Assembly (NCBI RefSeq): GCF_001194135.2
Contig: NC_068982.1
Span: forward strand, 67,055,136-67,118,344
Direction of reading: 5' to 3'
Length of the DNA: 63,209 nucleotides
Source of the DNA: Octopus bimaculoides
Lineage: Eukaryota
Made by a program: the position numbers and the translations under genes. Below the pieces are notes generated by a model. The model ran no database searches. It was not told the origin of the DNA and saw only the letters and a list, made by a program, of their open reading frames with translations. Shown one piece after another: positions 34,982-46,017 of the stretch (its first letter is position 1; the number at the start of each line of letters is the position of its first letter).

Positions 34982-35040
34982 TGGTTAAGAGCGCAGGCTG
35001 CTAACCCCAAGATTCCGAGTTCGATTCCAGGCAGTGACCT
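34982..35040 (+). promoter_or_regulatory. tRNA-derived Pol III-like head in the pseudo-LTR
   Basis: Partial A box AGTGGTTAAGAGCG, anticodon-loop-like CTGCTAA, B box GAGTTCGATTCC at 35017-35028. Confidence 0.6.
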
Positions 35041-36859
35041 GAATAATAATAATTATAATAATAACACTGAAAAATACCTTAGGAATGAGAACCCAGGTTC
35101 GAAATTTCCCTAAGACACCTGATGAAGGCTGGAGGGTCACCACTTTATAATGGAATTGAAGGTTTAGATACCTGTGGAGTATCTCCTTCTCCCATTATAA
35201 TTTTTATGTAGTTTCAAGGAGCTGGAATGGGTCGCCAATTTGTGACGTCTGTGCAAAGTGAGGTGATGAGAATGGCTCCTTAGTACATTACATGATCGAT
35301 ACAATAAATATAGATAGAGCAATGCATTTATGTGCCAGAGGGAAATAAGAGACATAACCGGATAGAATGTTTAAGAGAAGATTTATTGATATCTAAACAT
35401 GTGTGATTATGTGTGAATCATAAATGCAGAATAATAGACAGGCCATCATAAGAATAAGATATATGCGTGTGTATGTAAGCATAGACGTAATGCGTGTTAA
35501 GAACATATAAGGATAGCGATGAAGAAGAGACAGTGAAAGAGTCTATAGCCATCAAAGTGAGGAGTAAGTTCATAGACACTAGAATGATAAACACCAGTTT
35601 GTAGTCAATTGTACATGATAGTTGAAATACTGTATCAAGAAGTTGTGGTGATGATGCCACGCTGGTTGTGGTACATGTCGTACATGAAGTTGTGGCTGTG
35701 ATGCTGCTGTCTGGGTCACTTGGTACAGGAGTTCTCATAGGTTGTATATCTGCTGTTGATCCATGGTGAAGTAGTTCACGAACAGTGCAGTGTTGTAACC
35801 TGGGCAAGTACATAGAGAGATGTTGATGTTAGGACAAATGGTGACAATGGAGATGGAGGTCGCTGAATGCTGTGGGATGAAGTTGATGAATCTCCACACG
35901 GCTGCTGTTGTGTTGTCTCTAGAACTGGCGGTGTTTTGTGTGGTCAGTGGTTAGACCTTAAAAGGTCTGAAACCAAAGACATCGAGATGAGGAAAAGTTA
36001 GGTTTTTTTATAAGGAGTTGTAGGCTCAGCTGAGGTAGAAAACAGGCTGCCACACATGACCTTATTTGAAGGCTGCAATTGGTTGGGTTGCATATTGGCG
36101 CACGATAGAGCAAGAGACAAGTTGCACCAATACCAACCAGAGTAGTGGATACAACAGGGCCTAAAATGTGGTCAAAGGCTAGCTGTTATCTGCTACGTTC
36201 GTATGTATGTATATATTATAGAGAGGAGAGGAATTTCACTCAAGTGTACACTACAAGGGTATATCAGTCGAAACGTGTTAACAACAAACAAGATGAGGAC
36301 AAATATACATCAAATGCAAATAATGTACATAATTCCTCATCTCTTAAATATAGGACTGTGTAATTTGCTGTAGTAATGTCTTGGCAGTACTATCATCATC
36401 AGCAACAGCAGAAGTTCTTACATTTTTGTTCCATGGTTGCATGGGTTTGATAGATCACAGATCATTTTGTCTCCTATTGCACTTTTTTTTATCTAGTATA
36501 CACAGCAACAGAGAAAATTGCTATGTTTTCTTTAGGTTTTGTTTTTATAGTTTGATGTTCTTCCTATCACCAACTACTCTTATAACAAGGATTGGCTACA
36601 TTTTTATATTGCTGCTGGCACAAGTGAAGCTGTTTGCCTGGTCTAAAAATGTCCTTTCTATCCTGTATCAATTTTCCATTTATTATTATTTTGAGAGTTA
36701 GCTGCCCTCTTAGGTTGCCTGCTTTGTGTCATGCAGAATTCACATCTGTTTGTTCCTTCCTTTTTCTATTCACTCATTTGAGAAAATAATTTTGTTTTCA
36801 TTAATCGACCTCACTCAATAACTTTATGTGACATGGATAGAGATCCTACTTCTATTACT

Positions 36860-37430
36860 AAGTTATATGACCTAGTTATAAAGTAGATTATGTATTAACT
36901 ACATACTCTAAAAATATAACTAGATTTTAAATTTACTATATTCACAAAGTTATATGGTGGTGCTGCTGCTTCTATTATTCTCTGCCTTAGTTATATAACT
37001 AGGTTTTATATTCACTATAAACCTTAATTATATAACTAGGTTATATATATTTACTATATACCTTAATTATATAACTCGGTCATATCTTTTCTATATAGGC
37101 CTAGTTATGTATACATAACTAGGTTATGTATTCATTAAGTACACTAGTTATATAACTAATTTCCCTATTCACTATATATGCTATTTATATAACTAGGTTA
37201 TATATGTTTACTACATGCACTAATTATATAACTATGTTCTATGTATTCACTCTATTCTTTGCTTATGCAACTGTATTTTCACTATACATCCTACATATGT
37301 AACTAAATTATTTATTTACTATACATCTTAGATATGTAACTACATTATATATTCACTATACATCCTAGATGTATAATTACATTATATATTCACTATATAC
37401 TCTGCTTATACATCTGGGTTATACACTCAC
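36860..37430. repeat. AT-rich degenerate minisatellite (about 35-40 bp unit) with a palindromic core
   Basis: Recurrent TTATATAACTAGGTTATAT.TTCACTATA; TAGTTATATAACTA at 36988 and 37145. Confidence 0.85.
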
Positions 37431-37539
37431 TCTTGTTTCATGTATATTTAGTCAGATCAGCTTTATTCTGAAAGTGAAATTTGTTTTTTCAATTGAGTAA
37501 ATAATTAAGCTGTACTGTAATCAAATTTCTTGAAGCACA

Positions 37540-37880
37540 CAAACATATGCACATGTCTACACACCGACAGATGAAGATGGACAGTCATACATGCATGGCA
37601 ACATGCTTATGGATGCACACGTATATTTGCACATAGATGCTCACATTGACACAAATTCTTAGTTGTACACAAACATGTTAGCATCCACAGATTTACAAAC
37701 ACGAATGCACTCATTCACTCAGACAGGTATGTATGTACACACACACACACACCGACACACATACTTAAACATATGCAATAGGCACACTCACTCACAACAC
37801 ATATGCCTATACATACATACACAATGGGCACAATTACTTACAGACACATAAGATAGCCATGCACACACTGGCACACACTG

Positions 37881-37925
<45 letters not shown>

Positions 37926-38085
37926 CATTTACAGATGTAGTCAAACACTTACATGCTCTGACACACACTCAAAGATCTCTCTCTCTCTCTTATACACATA
38001 AACACATGCACTCACACATGCACACGCACACATACACAGACACTCACACATATACTCACATATACAGACACTCACATACACCCAG
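37540..38085. repeat. CA-rich low-complexity region
   Basis: Direct reading. Confidence 0.85.
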
Positions 38086-38349
38086 TTACTGTCAAATTTG
38101 AAGTTGTTAGCATTTTCTTTAACTTGGTTTATTTTAATATTTAACGAGGCCAAATGTTCGAAATTTTTATCTCTAGTGGACCAACGTTTCATTTCACAAT
38201 GTCTTCTGTCTTCATACAGACTTAAGTTCTTTTATCAGTTAGTAAAAAAACAGTATAATCAGTAGTTCCACCATATTATTTTCTTAGAAATAATAATGAG
38301 GCAGCTTTGATGATATCCAATGTTTACAACACCAGAAACACAATAGAGT

Positions 38350-38490
38350 TAACATCATCATCATCATCATCATCATCACTGTTGTTTTAGTGTACCCTTT
38401 TCCATGTTTGCATGGGTCAGATGGAATTTGCTGAGGCAGATTTTCTTTGGCTGGGTGCCCTTCCTGTCACTAACCCTCACTTGTTTCTGA
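38350..38490 (+). mobile_element. SINE family E, 5' part
   Basis: (CAT)n...GCATGGGTCAGATGGAATTTGCTGAGGCAGATTTTC. Confidence 0.75.
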
Positions 38491-38599
38491 GCATCTGGTG
38501 GAACAGAGGGAAAGAGACAGAAGCAGGAGAGACCAGAGATCGGATATTCGGAGGGAAAGAGACAAAAGCAGATGTCACAAATCAGATGCTCATGTGAAT

Positions 38600-38850
38600 A
38601 CAAATAGAATAAAACAAGTTTTGTGTAAATTGGACCATGGGTTATCAAGACATGTAGTTTTTTCGAGTACCTTTATAAATAGCTAAACCGGCATATAATA
38701 GGAAATATGCTTTGAAAGTAAGATACCATCGAAATGTGAATACACACGGAATAACAAGTTTCATGTAAATTGGACCACGGATTCTCGAGACATGCAGTTT
38801 TTTACGGGCACCTTGAACTATTGGTGACCTAACGTGTCACAGGTATCTAG
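38600..38850 (+). mobile_element. Non-autonomous element with two internal subrepeats, ending in CTAGT (Helitron-like?)
   Basis: AACAAGTTT..TGTAAATTGGACCA.GG.TT.TC.AGACATG.AGTTTTT at about 38612 and 38752. Confidence 0.4.
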
Positions 38851-38853
38851 TAT

Positions 38854-38963
<110 letters not shown>

Positions 38964-39015
38964 TGAAATAGATGGATAGATAGATATATGTACATATATA
39001 TATATATATAACATG

Positions 39016-39051
<36 letters not shown>

Positions 39052-39369
39052 TGTGTTGTGAATTTATGGAAAGAAATCCCATAAAACTCAACAATTTTGA
39101 TAAAAATGGAGAAGAGAAGATGTTAAATTCATGCAGACAATCGTTTCATTCAGAGATATAAAAATCATGCAAATTTATGGCTGAATAGCATTAATTAAAT
39201 TAATTAGATTAAATTAATTATATATCACTGTACTCTTCAGTGCAAGAAGTATAAACAAAATTTTTACAAAGAACTTGAGAATCCTGCTGAGGTCAACTCT
39301 TCCTTTTGATCTTTTGGGATCAGTAAAGTACCAGTTTAAGATAAGAAAAATTGTTTGAGTGTTGGACAA

Positions 39370-39520
39370 AATGGTTGTGTGATTAAGAAGTTCATTTCAT
39401 AATAATGTTGTTTCAGATTCAGTCCCACTGCACAGCATCTTAGGCAAGTGTCTTCTGTTATAGCCCTATGTTGGTTAATGCCTCGTGACTCAATTTGGTT
39501 ACTGGAAACTTTGTGTGTGT
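39370..39520 (+). mobile_element. SINE family A
   Basis: GATTCAGTCCCACTGCACAGCATCTTAGGCAAGTGTCTTCTG. Confidence 0.7.
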
Positions 39521-39624
39521 GTGTATGTGTGTGTATGAATATGCAAGAATGTTGATTGTTTCACTTGTTACTATTAGGGTGACACAGTGGTACTACTTAC
39601 ATTTCTTGTTGGCATTATAACCAA

Positions 39625-39900
39625 TAAAATGGCAGCAAGCTGGCAGAACCATTAGCACATCTGACAGAAAGCTCAGCAGCATTTCTTTTGGTTCTCTACT
39701 TTCAGATTTCAAATTCTGCAGAGGTAATCTTGCTTGTCATCCTTTCAAGGTTGATAAAATAAGTACCAGATGAGCACTGGTGTTGATTCCATCAACTTCT
39801 GCATTGGGTTGATTCCATCAACTTCTGCATTGGGTTGATTCCATCAACCTTCCCTTCCTCTCAGAATTGCTGGCCTTGTGTCAAAATTATAAAGACATTA
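39625..39900 (+). mobile_element. SINE family D with an internal perfect 26-bp tandem duplication (39782-39849)
   Basis: GTTGATTCCATCAACTTCTGCATTGG x2 plus a partial third unit. Confidence 0.8.
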
Positions 39901-40060
39901 CAACCAGCAAGAAGCTCTTTGCTTTTGAAGAATGTTGAAATAAAAATCATCCCTCATTTGAAAACCATGTAAGGGTTGTTGAAGAGAAGAGCACTCAGCT
40001 GTAAAATACTGCTTTTAAGTCAAATGATTATATATATATATTAAAGAGGTCAGTTTAAAT

Positions 40061-40208
40061 CAGTCATGGGCAAACTGCAGCTTGCAGGACTTTATGAATG
40101 GCATGGCTAAATGAAAACTTACATTGAATTTTTTTAGGTAGTGTGGCATACCTGATGAGGAAGCACATCTCATGTAGCCTAGTTCTCAAAACAGGTTGTC
40201 CATGCCTG
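40061..40208. mobile_element. Short hAT-like MITE
   Basis: TIRs CAGTCATGGGCAAAC / GGTTGTCCATGCCTG; TSD not evident. Confidence 0.55.
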
Positions 40209-40457
40209 GCTGAAAGTTATATCAATTATGTAACATGTTTCTGAACTAAATGTTACAAAATTATCTTAGGTGAACACATCTCAATCACCATCACCATCAT
40301 CATCACCTTTCAGGTTCTTTCTGCCTTTAGATTGACTCTACTCAATAAGGCTATTAACTCTTTTCAGTTCAGTGGCTTTGTTGGTCATATTAGCCCTGCT
40401 AGAAGAGGTTACTTCACTGTGATCGATGGTCCAACTGTGGTTTTGTATATAACTCAC

Positions 40458-40534
40458 ACAGATGACAGAGGCTTCCGATTCCATCCAAACTTTGTGTACA
40501 AAAGATCTTGTAACATTTACATAGTTGACAATTT
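40458..40534 (-). CDS. Candidate 77-nt exon (xIVNYVNVTRSFVHKVWMESEASVIC in phase 1)
   Basis: gatttAG|AAATT...TCTGT|GTGAGT; unique sequence; strand ambiguous because the plus strand is also open. Confidence 0.25.
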
Positions 40535-41599
40535 CTAAATCATGGTGTTCCATACATGTGGCATGATTTTCCATTTCTCATGTTTGTTAGCATTTTATCT
40601 GCTGTGAAAGATGTGAAAGAAGAAAGAACCTTTTAACTGGTTAGAACCCCTTGCACCCTATATATATGAAATGAATTGTTTCCTGGAGCCTTAATCAAGA
40701 ATTGAAACCTTAGTCTAGATTTTTTGTAAACTCCTTTTCATTGTTCTCAGCATTTGCACTCAGAAATTTATGAGAGTCAGCTGTCATACTTAGATAAATC
40801 TTATAGCTTCCCTGAAAGTCCTTAGGTTAAATTCAGTTCAGCAGAGATGCACACATTAGCTTTACTTTGTTCTTTGTCCTACTTCTAATTTTTCACACTA
40901 AATAGAATTATTCCTTTTTTTCATTGGCACCTTTTCTGAAGGTGCACCCTCTCTTTGTATCTGACATTTTTTGGAGCAGTTGCAGCATCTCTCTCTCTCT
41001 CTTCATTTATGGTATGTCAACATAGGACTCTTACTCTACTTGTCAATCCAGAGATGTAAATTCTCTTCTTCTTTCTCTCTCCTTTCTTTGGCCTCCTAGC
41101 AGTCAATAACAAATGAAAGCAGCTACTTATGGAATGGACAACAGAAGTTTTACTAATCTTTATACAACTCGAAGCAGTTGTTTTTATATTGCAGCAATAA
41201 ATTAAAGACCATTTTCAACTATGATTTCCTTCTGTCATTTATTCCATGGACTTCAAAAACAACCAACTTATCCATTACATTCTTGGTGACCTGACTTCTA
41301 CCATATAGCCTACCAACTGTTGCATTTGACAACTCCAATGTTAGAAAAAGCAAATATACATTCTTCTCAATTTACCAACCATCAACATACACAGTTACAT
41401 TTCCTGCAAACTGTTGCATATACATAAGTATTTATATATAAATCATATTTTTATGTCTACTTGTATGGATAGATAAAAAGATCTATCTCTCTATCTATTT
41501 ATCTATCTATCTACATACATACATATTTATATACATATGTGAATGTAGTTAGATAGATAGATAGATAGAGAGAGAATGTGTGAGTGTGTGTACATTTGT

Positions 41600-41960
41600 G
41601 TGTTATTAAGCTAACAGTTTTACTTACTCATCAGCTGTACAGTTATTGTAAACAATTTTTCTTTCATATATGTTTGTGTGAATGTGTGTGTAGGAGAGAT
41701 AGAGATAGATAGATCGGGAGAGAGAGAGAGAGAGAGAGAGAGAGTTGGTTATCTGTATATGTATGTTTATCTGTGGGAGGTTACGTTTTTCAAACATTTC
41801 AACGGTGTTGAGGTTATAGGATGTATGTTTTAGTTGTGCTTCAATCTTAAAGTTTATAGAATGTTGTCTGAAACGTGCAAAACAGACGACATGGTAAGTG
41901 AATCACCGTATTACACTTATTTTCCTGTGTTTTTTTTCTCTCTTTTTCCACGTCCAGCTT
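41600..41960. promoter_or_regulatory. Candidate divergent transcription-start region
   Basis: Minus ATGA|GTAAGT (donor 41627), plus GACATG|GTAAGT (donor 41894), GA tract between them, locally retained CpGs. Confidence 0.25.
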
Positions 41961-42299
41961 TTGGGTGTGTATTTTGTGTGTATTTGTATTATTTTATATA
42001 GTTAATGTTTTTATATCATGCCATACAAGTAGTGTTTCTATTGTTTGTTTGTTTCTCTCTTTGTTCTCGTATCTTTTGATGTTATAGTAGCAGTAGTGGT
42101 GGCGGTGGTGGTGGTTGTCGTGTTTTTAAAAGGAAGCAGTAAATAAAATTATGTCCTTTTTCGTTGATTGTTGTCCCAGAAATGTTTACAGTGCAACTAT
42201 GATGTTTTCTACGCTTCAATTTCTGAATTGTTCGTTGATACTTTGAATGAAATCAGTGGGGTCGAAATTTAATTAGGTTACTCTGACTTGTTGATAATA

Positions 42300-42730
42300 A
42301 CATTGACACCACCACTGCTCAACATGTCTGTTGTGGGTTACTGGACCCTGTTTAACGTGCCTCTTGCGGGTTACATTGACATCTGGCCCTTCTTTAACAT
42401 ATCTCTTGCGGCTTACATTGAGGCTGTTCCCCAGTTGGTAAGATATCTCTATGTTGATGCTGGTCCTTTGTACAACATTTATTTGTGGGTTACTGGTCCT
42501 TTTTTTAACATGTGTATTGGACATTACCTTAACCTCAGCTCCTTGCTTTACATGTACATTTTTGGTTGCAATGACTTGTTGACGCTGAATTCTCTTTGAC
42601 ATATGTAATGTGAGATAAATTGTCACTGGTTCCCTGTTATTTCTGGTTTCTGTTGATATTAGCCCCTTGCTTCACAGGTTAGTTGTGTATTCTAGTAGCT
42701 TATTACCCCTGACCTCTGTTTAACATGTTA
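42300..42730. repeat. Degenerate 33-45 bp (best period 42 bp) tandem repeat, about 10 units
   Basis: Minus consensus about ACATGTTAAACAGGGGCCAGATGTCAATGTAACCCGCAAGAG; CTGG register at 42341 and 42383. Confidence 0.8.
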
Positions 42731-43159
42731 GAATCGTCCACAGTGGCTCATAAAAACAGTTCTGAAAGGCATTATCCTGCATGAACTAAAAAGAGAGCTT
42801 GTATGTGGACACTTGACCTACTAGATAACGTCACCAAATCTCTTTAAGAGAACACTCACATCAGTTTTTTTTTTAATGTAGAAACACAAGTATGTTGGAT
42901 AAAGCAAAACACTCAAATGATGGACATGCAATCTTAAAACAAATATTGAGTGTACTCAGCTTGCTCACTCAGAACAAACTTGGACTATTTTGAGTGGGTT
43001 TGTCTGACAGAAAGCATTCCTTCTCTTAGCTGATATTGATGAGGCTAGTTGAAATCAGTACTGACTATTAACAACACACATCAGTGTTTTATAGTGTTCT
43101 CACTGCTCACCATGATTACCTATTGTTAACAATGCTATATAACTTCATATATACTTATT

Positions 43160-43310
43160 ACAGGTGTAGTAAGATGTTTGCTCCCCAACATGTTTCAAAT
43201 TGACTCCCACTGTGCAACATCTTGAGCAAGTGTTTTCTGCTAAGCCTAGGCTAACTAAAGCCTTGTGTGTGGATTTGGTAGATGGAAACTGAAAGAAGCT
43301 TGTTGTATAT
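43160..43310 (+). mobile_element. SINE family A
   Basis: GTGGATTTGGTAGATGGAAACTGAAAGAAGC. Confidence 0.7.
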
Positions 43311-43311
43311 T

Positions 43312-43359
<48 letters not shown>

Positions 43360-43877
43360 NNNNNNNNNNNNNNNNNNNNNNNNNNNNNNNNNNNNNNNNN
43401 NNNNNNNNNNNNNNNNNNNNNNNNNNNNNNNNNNNNNNNNNNNNNNNNNNNNNNNNNNNNNNNNNNNNNNNNNNNNNNNNNNNNNNNNNNNNNNNNNNNN
43501 NNNNNNNNNNNNNNNNNNNNNNNNNNNNNNNNNNNNNNNNNNNNNNNNNNNNNNNNNNNNNNNNNNNNNNNNNNNNNNNNNNNNNNNNNNNNNNNNNNNN
43601 NNNNNNNNNNNNNNNNNNNNNNNNNNNNNNNNNNNNNNNNNNNNNNNNNNNNNNNNNNNNNNNNNNNNNNNNNNNNNNNNNNNNNNNNNNNNNNNNNNNN
43701 NNNNNNNNNNNNNNNNNNNNNNNNNNNNNNNNNNNNNNNNNNNNNNNNNNNNNNNNNNNNNNNNNNNNNNNNNNNNNNNNNNNNNNNNNNNNNNNNNNNN
43801 NNNNNNNNNNNNNNNNNNNNNNNNNNNNNNNNNNNNNNNNNNNNNNNNNNNNNNNNNNNNNNNNNNNNNNNNNNNNN
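43360..43877. other. Assembly gap (518 N)
   Basis: N run. Confidence 1.
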
Positions 43878-43894
43878 ATATATATAATGTAAAA

Positions 43895-44095
43895 GGCATC
43901 CATGCTGGTGACACGTAAAAAGCACCCACTACACTCTTGGAGTGTTTGGCGTTAGGAAGGACATCCAGCCGTAGAGGCCAGGCCAAACAAGCCTGGGGAC
44001 TGGTACAGCTCTCTGGCTTACCAGTTCCTGTCAAACTGTCTAACCCATGTCAGCATGGAAAATGGATGTTAAATAATGATGATGATGATGTATGT
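43895..44095 (+). mobile_element. SINE family B
   Basis: GGTGACACGTAAAAAGCACCCACTACACTC. Confidence 0.8.
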
Positions 44096-44129
44096 GTGTG
44101 TATGTTATACTCTCTTTTTCTGCTTTGAC

Positions 44130-44410
44130 TTTATGTGATAGTTGTCAATGAGTGTCACCCTCATTCAAGCGGTGTCTTTATTTTTCTGTCTTCCATGAAA
44201 TCATATCTGTTCTTGGGGGAAATATTATATCTTTGAGGGAAGCAGGTGAGGGTTGGCAATAGGAAGAGCATCTGTCCATAGGAAATCTGCCTCAACAAAT
44301 TCATCAAACCCATGCCAGCATAGTAAAGTGGACATTAAAATGATGGTAATGGTGATGATAAAGATGATGGTAATGGTGATGATGATGATGATGATAATGA
44401 TGATGATTTA
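44130..44410 (-). mobile_element. SINE family E
   Basis: CAGGTGAGGGTTGGCAATAGGAAGAGCATC. Confidence 0.7.
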
Positions 44411-44909
44411 GTACAATGTCACATTTACTAGTTTTAAAACTTAGCAGAATGCTTGTCAGTCTGTGGCCAGTATTTAGCATAACCTTAAATTTATCTCAGG
44501 TGTGTTATATGATGGCTATATTGACTATCATTCCAATGAGATTGATTAAGTAAGTACCTGTATTGTAGTGGGACATTTCCAGCAACCATCCCACCTCTAA
44601 CAGTTGAGCTTGTTATGAGTCAAAAAGAATCGATATTTTTGTTTTGTCATATCACATCTTGTCCGAGACTCAATAATACCAGACCATGTTAGTTAAATAT
44701 AGCATAACATTACATCATCATCTTAAAGCTATGACTAAGAATTAGTCTACACAAGCATACATACATATGTATGAAATACCTACACACGCACACATATACA
44801 CACATGCACACATATACACACACGCACATAACAAACATAAGTACGTATGTATATGTATAAATGCATGTGTATTTATGACTATATATATGTATGTTTGAAT
44901 GTATGTATA

Positions 44910-45866
44910 CAGGGTGCGGTGAATAAATTGTCATCTAAATTATACAAAAATGAAAATAAAACTGACATCTCATTTTAACAGATACATTTGCCAAAATTGC
45001 ACAAAAATATCTTGAAATACTAAAGAATAAATTTATTCAATACAATCATTATTGGCTTCAACCATGGCCACCATTCAACTTTGGAATCTCCTGTAACTCT
45101 TCTGGACAGTCTCCTTGTTGGTGAATGCTGCCATAATCCTTGCCTTCAGTTCATCTTTGGTGTTACAAGGAGTTTAGTTGGTCTCTCACTTAACTGCACC
45201 TCACACTTAATAATCAATGGGTTTGCAGTCTGGGGAGTTAGGTGGCCAGATGTTAGGGGTGATGTGGTCACAGAAATTATCTGACTGCCACAACTGGGTT
45301 CTTCTGCTTGCGTGGCATGGTGCAGAGTCCTGTTGCCAGACATAGGGTCTTCCACTTGACCCAGAGCAGCACTACCTCCTCCAGGCACTTGATGTAGGAA
45401 TACCAAATGTTTTCATGCACTAACTGACTGATAAGAAACTCAGACACTCCCATGTCTCTGGCAATGGACCTGATTGACTTGGAGGGATAAGTGTCAATCA
45501 TGGCCCGGATCTCACCATCAAATTCAGCAGTTCTTCGCTTATCAGAATGGTCAGAGTGAGTTTTCTGAGGAGCCATACTTTCAAAATCACAATTAGACTC
45601 ATCTAACTCTTTCCAAATTCTCTGCACTGTCCTCAGATTGATACTCAAGCACTCTGAAATGTTCATATTGTAGCTTCTGGTATGAATGTCAAGCAGTAGA
45701 GCATGTCATTTCAAAATATCTGGCAGAGCGAATTGCATCATGGTGCTGTTTTTCTCGCAGACAGCACCCAACTGACCCTACTATACTGTGTAGTCGACAA
45801 AATCCAAAACAAACAATGCGTGAAATTAATAATGTAAAATGGCTACAATATACCCATTGCACCCTA
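44910..45866 (-). mobile_element. DD37D (maT-like) Tc1/mariner, internally deleted, both TIRs present
   Basis: TA-CAGGGTGCGGTGAATAAATTG...CCCATTGCACCCT; HTH NISECLSINLRTVQRIWKEL; same family as 28379-29229. Confidence 0.9.
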
Positions 45867-45882
45867 AATATATATGTATATA

Positions 45883-45917
<35 letters not shown>

Positions 45918-46017
45918 NNNNNNNNNNNNNNNNNNNNNNNNNNNNNNNNNNNNNNNNNNNNNNNNNNNNNNNNNNNNNNNNNNNNNNNNNNNNNNNNNNN
46001 NNNNNNNNNNNNNNNNN
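45918..46017. other. Assembly gap (100 N)
   Basis: N run. Confidence 1.

Larger units (their letters stand above)
34741..36362. mobile_element. Penelope-like element remnant: inverted pseudo-LTR, pseudo-LTR 5' half, 1.1 kb insert, pseudo-LTR 3' half
   Basis: 34741-34980 is the reverse complement of 34982-35137 joined to 36256-36325; hammerhead motifs; PLE assignment rests on the known pLTR-hammerhead association. Confidence 0.75.

Noticed and set aside
34982-35040. tRNA-Ser gene
   Set aside because: 5' acceptor stem missing, anticodon stem weak, no long variable arm; tRNA-derived only.
35136-36257. Insert read as a GT-AG intron inside the hammerhead
   Set aside because: GTCACC is a poor donor, there is no polypyrimidine tract before the AG, and splicing would not restore the cleavage site.
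38180-38240. Minus-strand GAAACGTT with an upstream CTGTATGAAG
   Set aside because: Core altered and no stem II.
39597-39645. In-frame 39-nt minus exon LAAILLVIMPTRN
   Set aside because: Overlaps the head of a SINE D copy and has a weak acceptor.
43145-44034. Long ORFs in the track at 5.9-6.4, 32.9-33.4, 43-44, 45.8-46.2, 53.7-54.4 and 56.3-57.2 kb
   Set aside because: Open only because of N runs and dinucleotide repeats.
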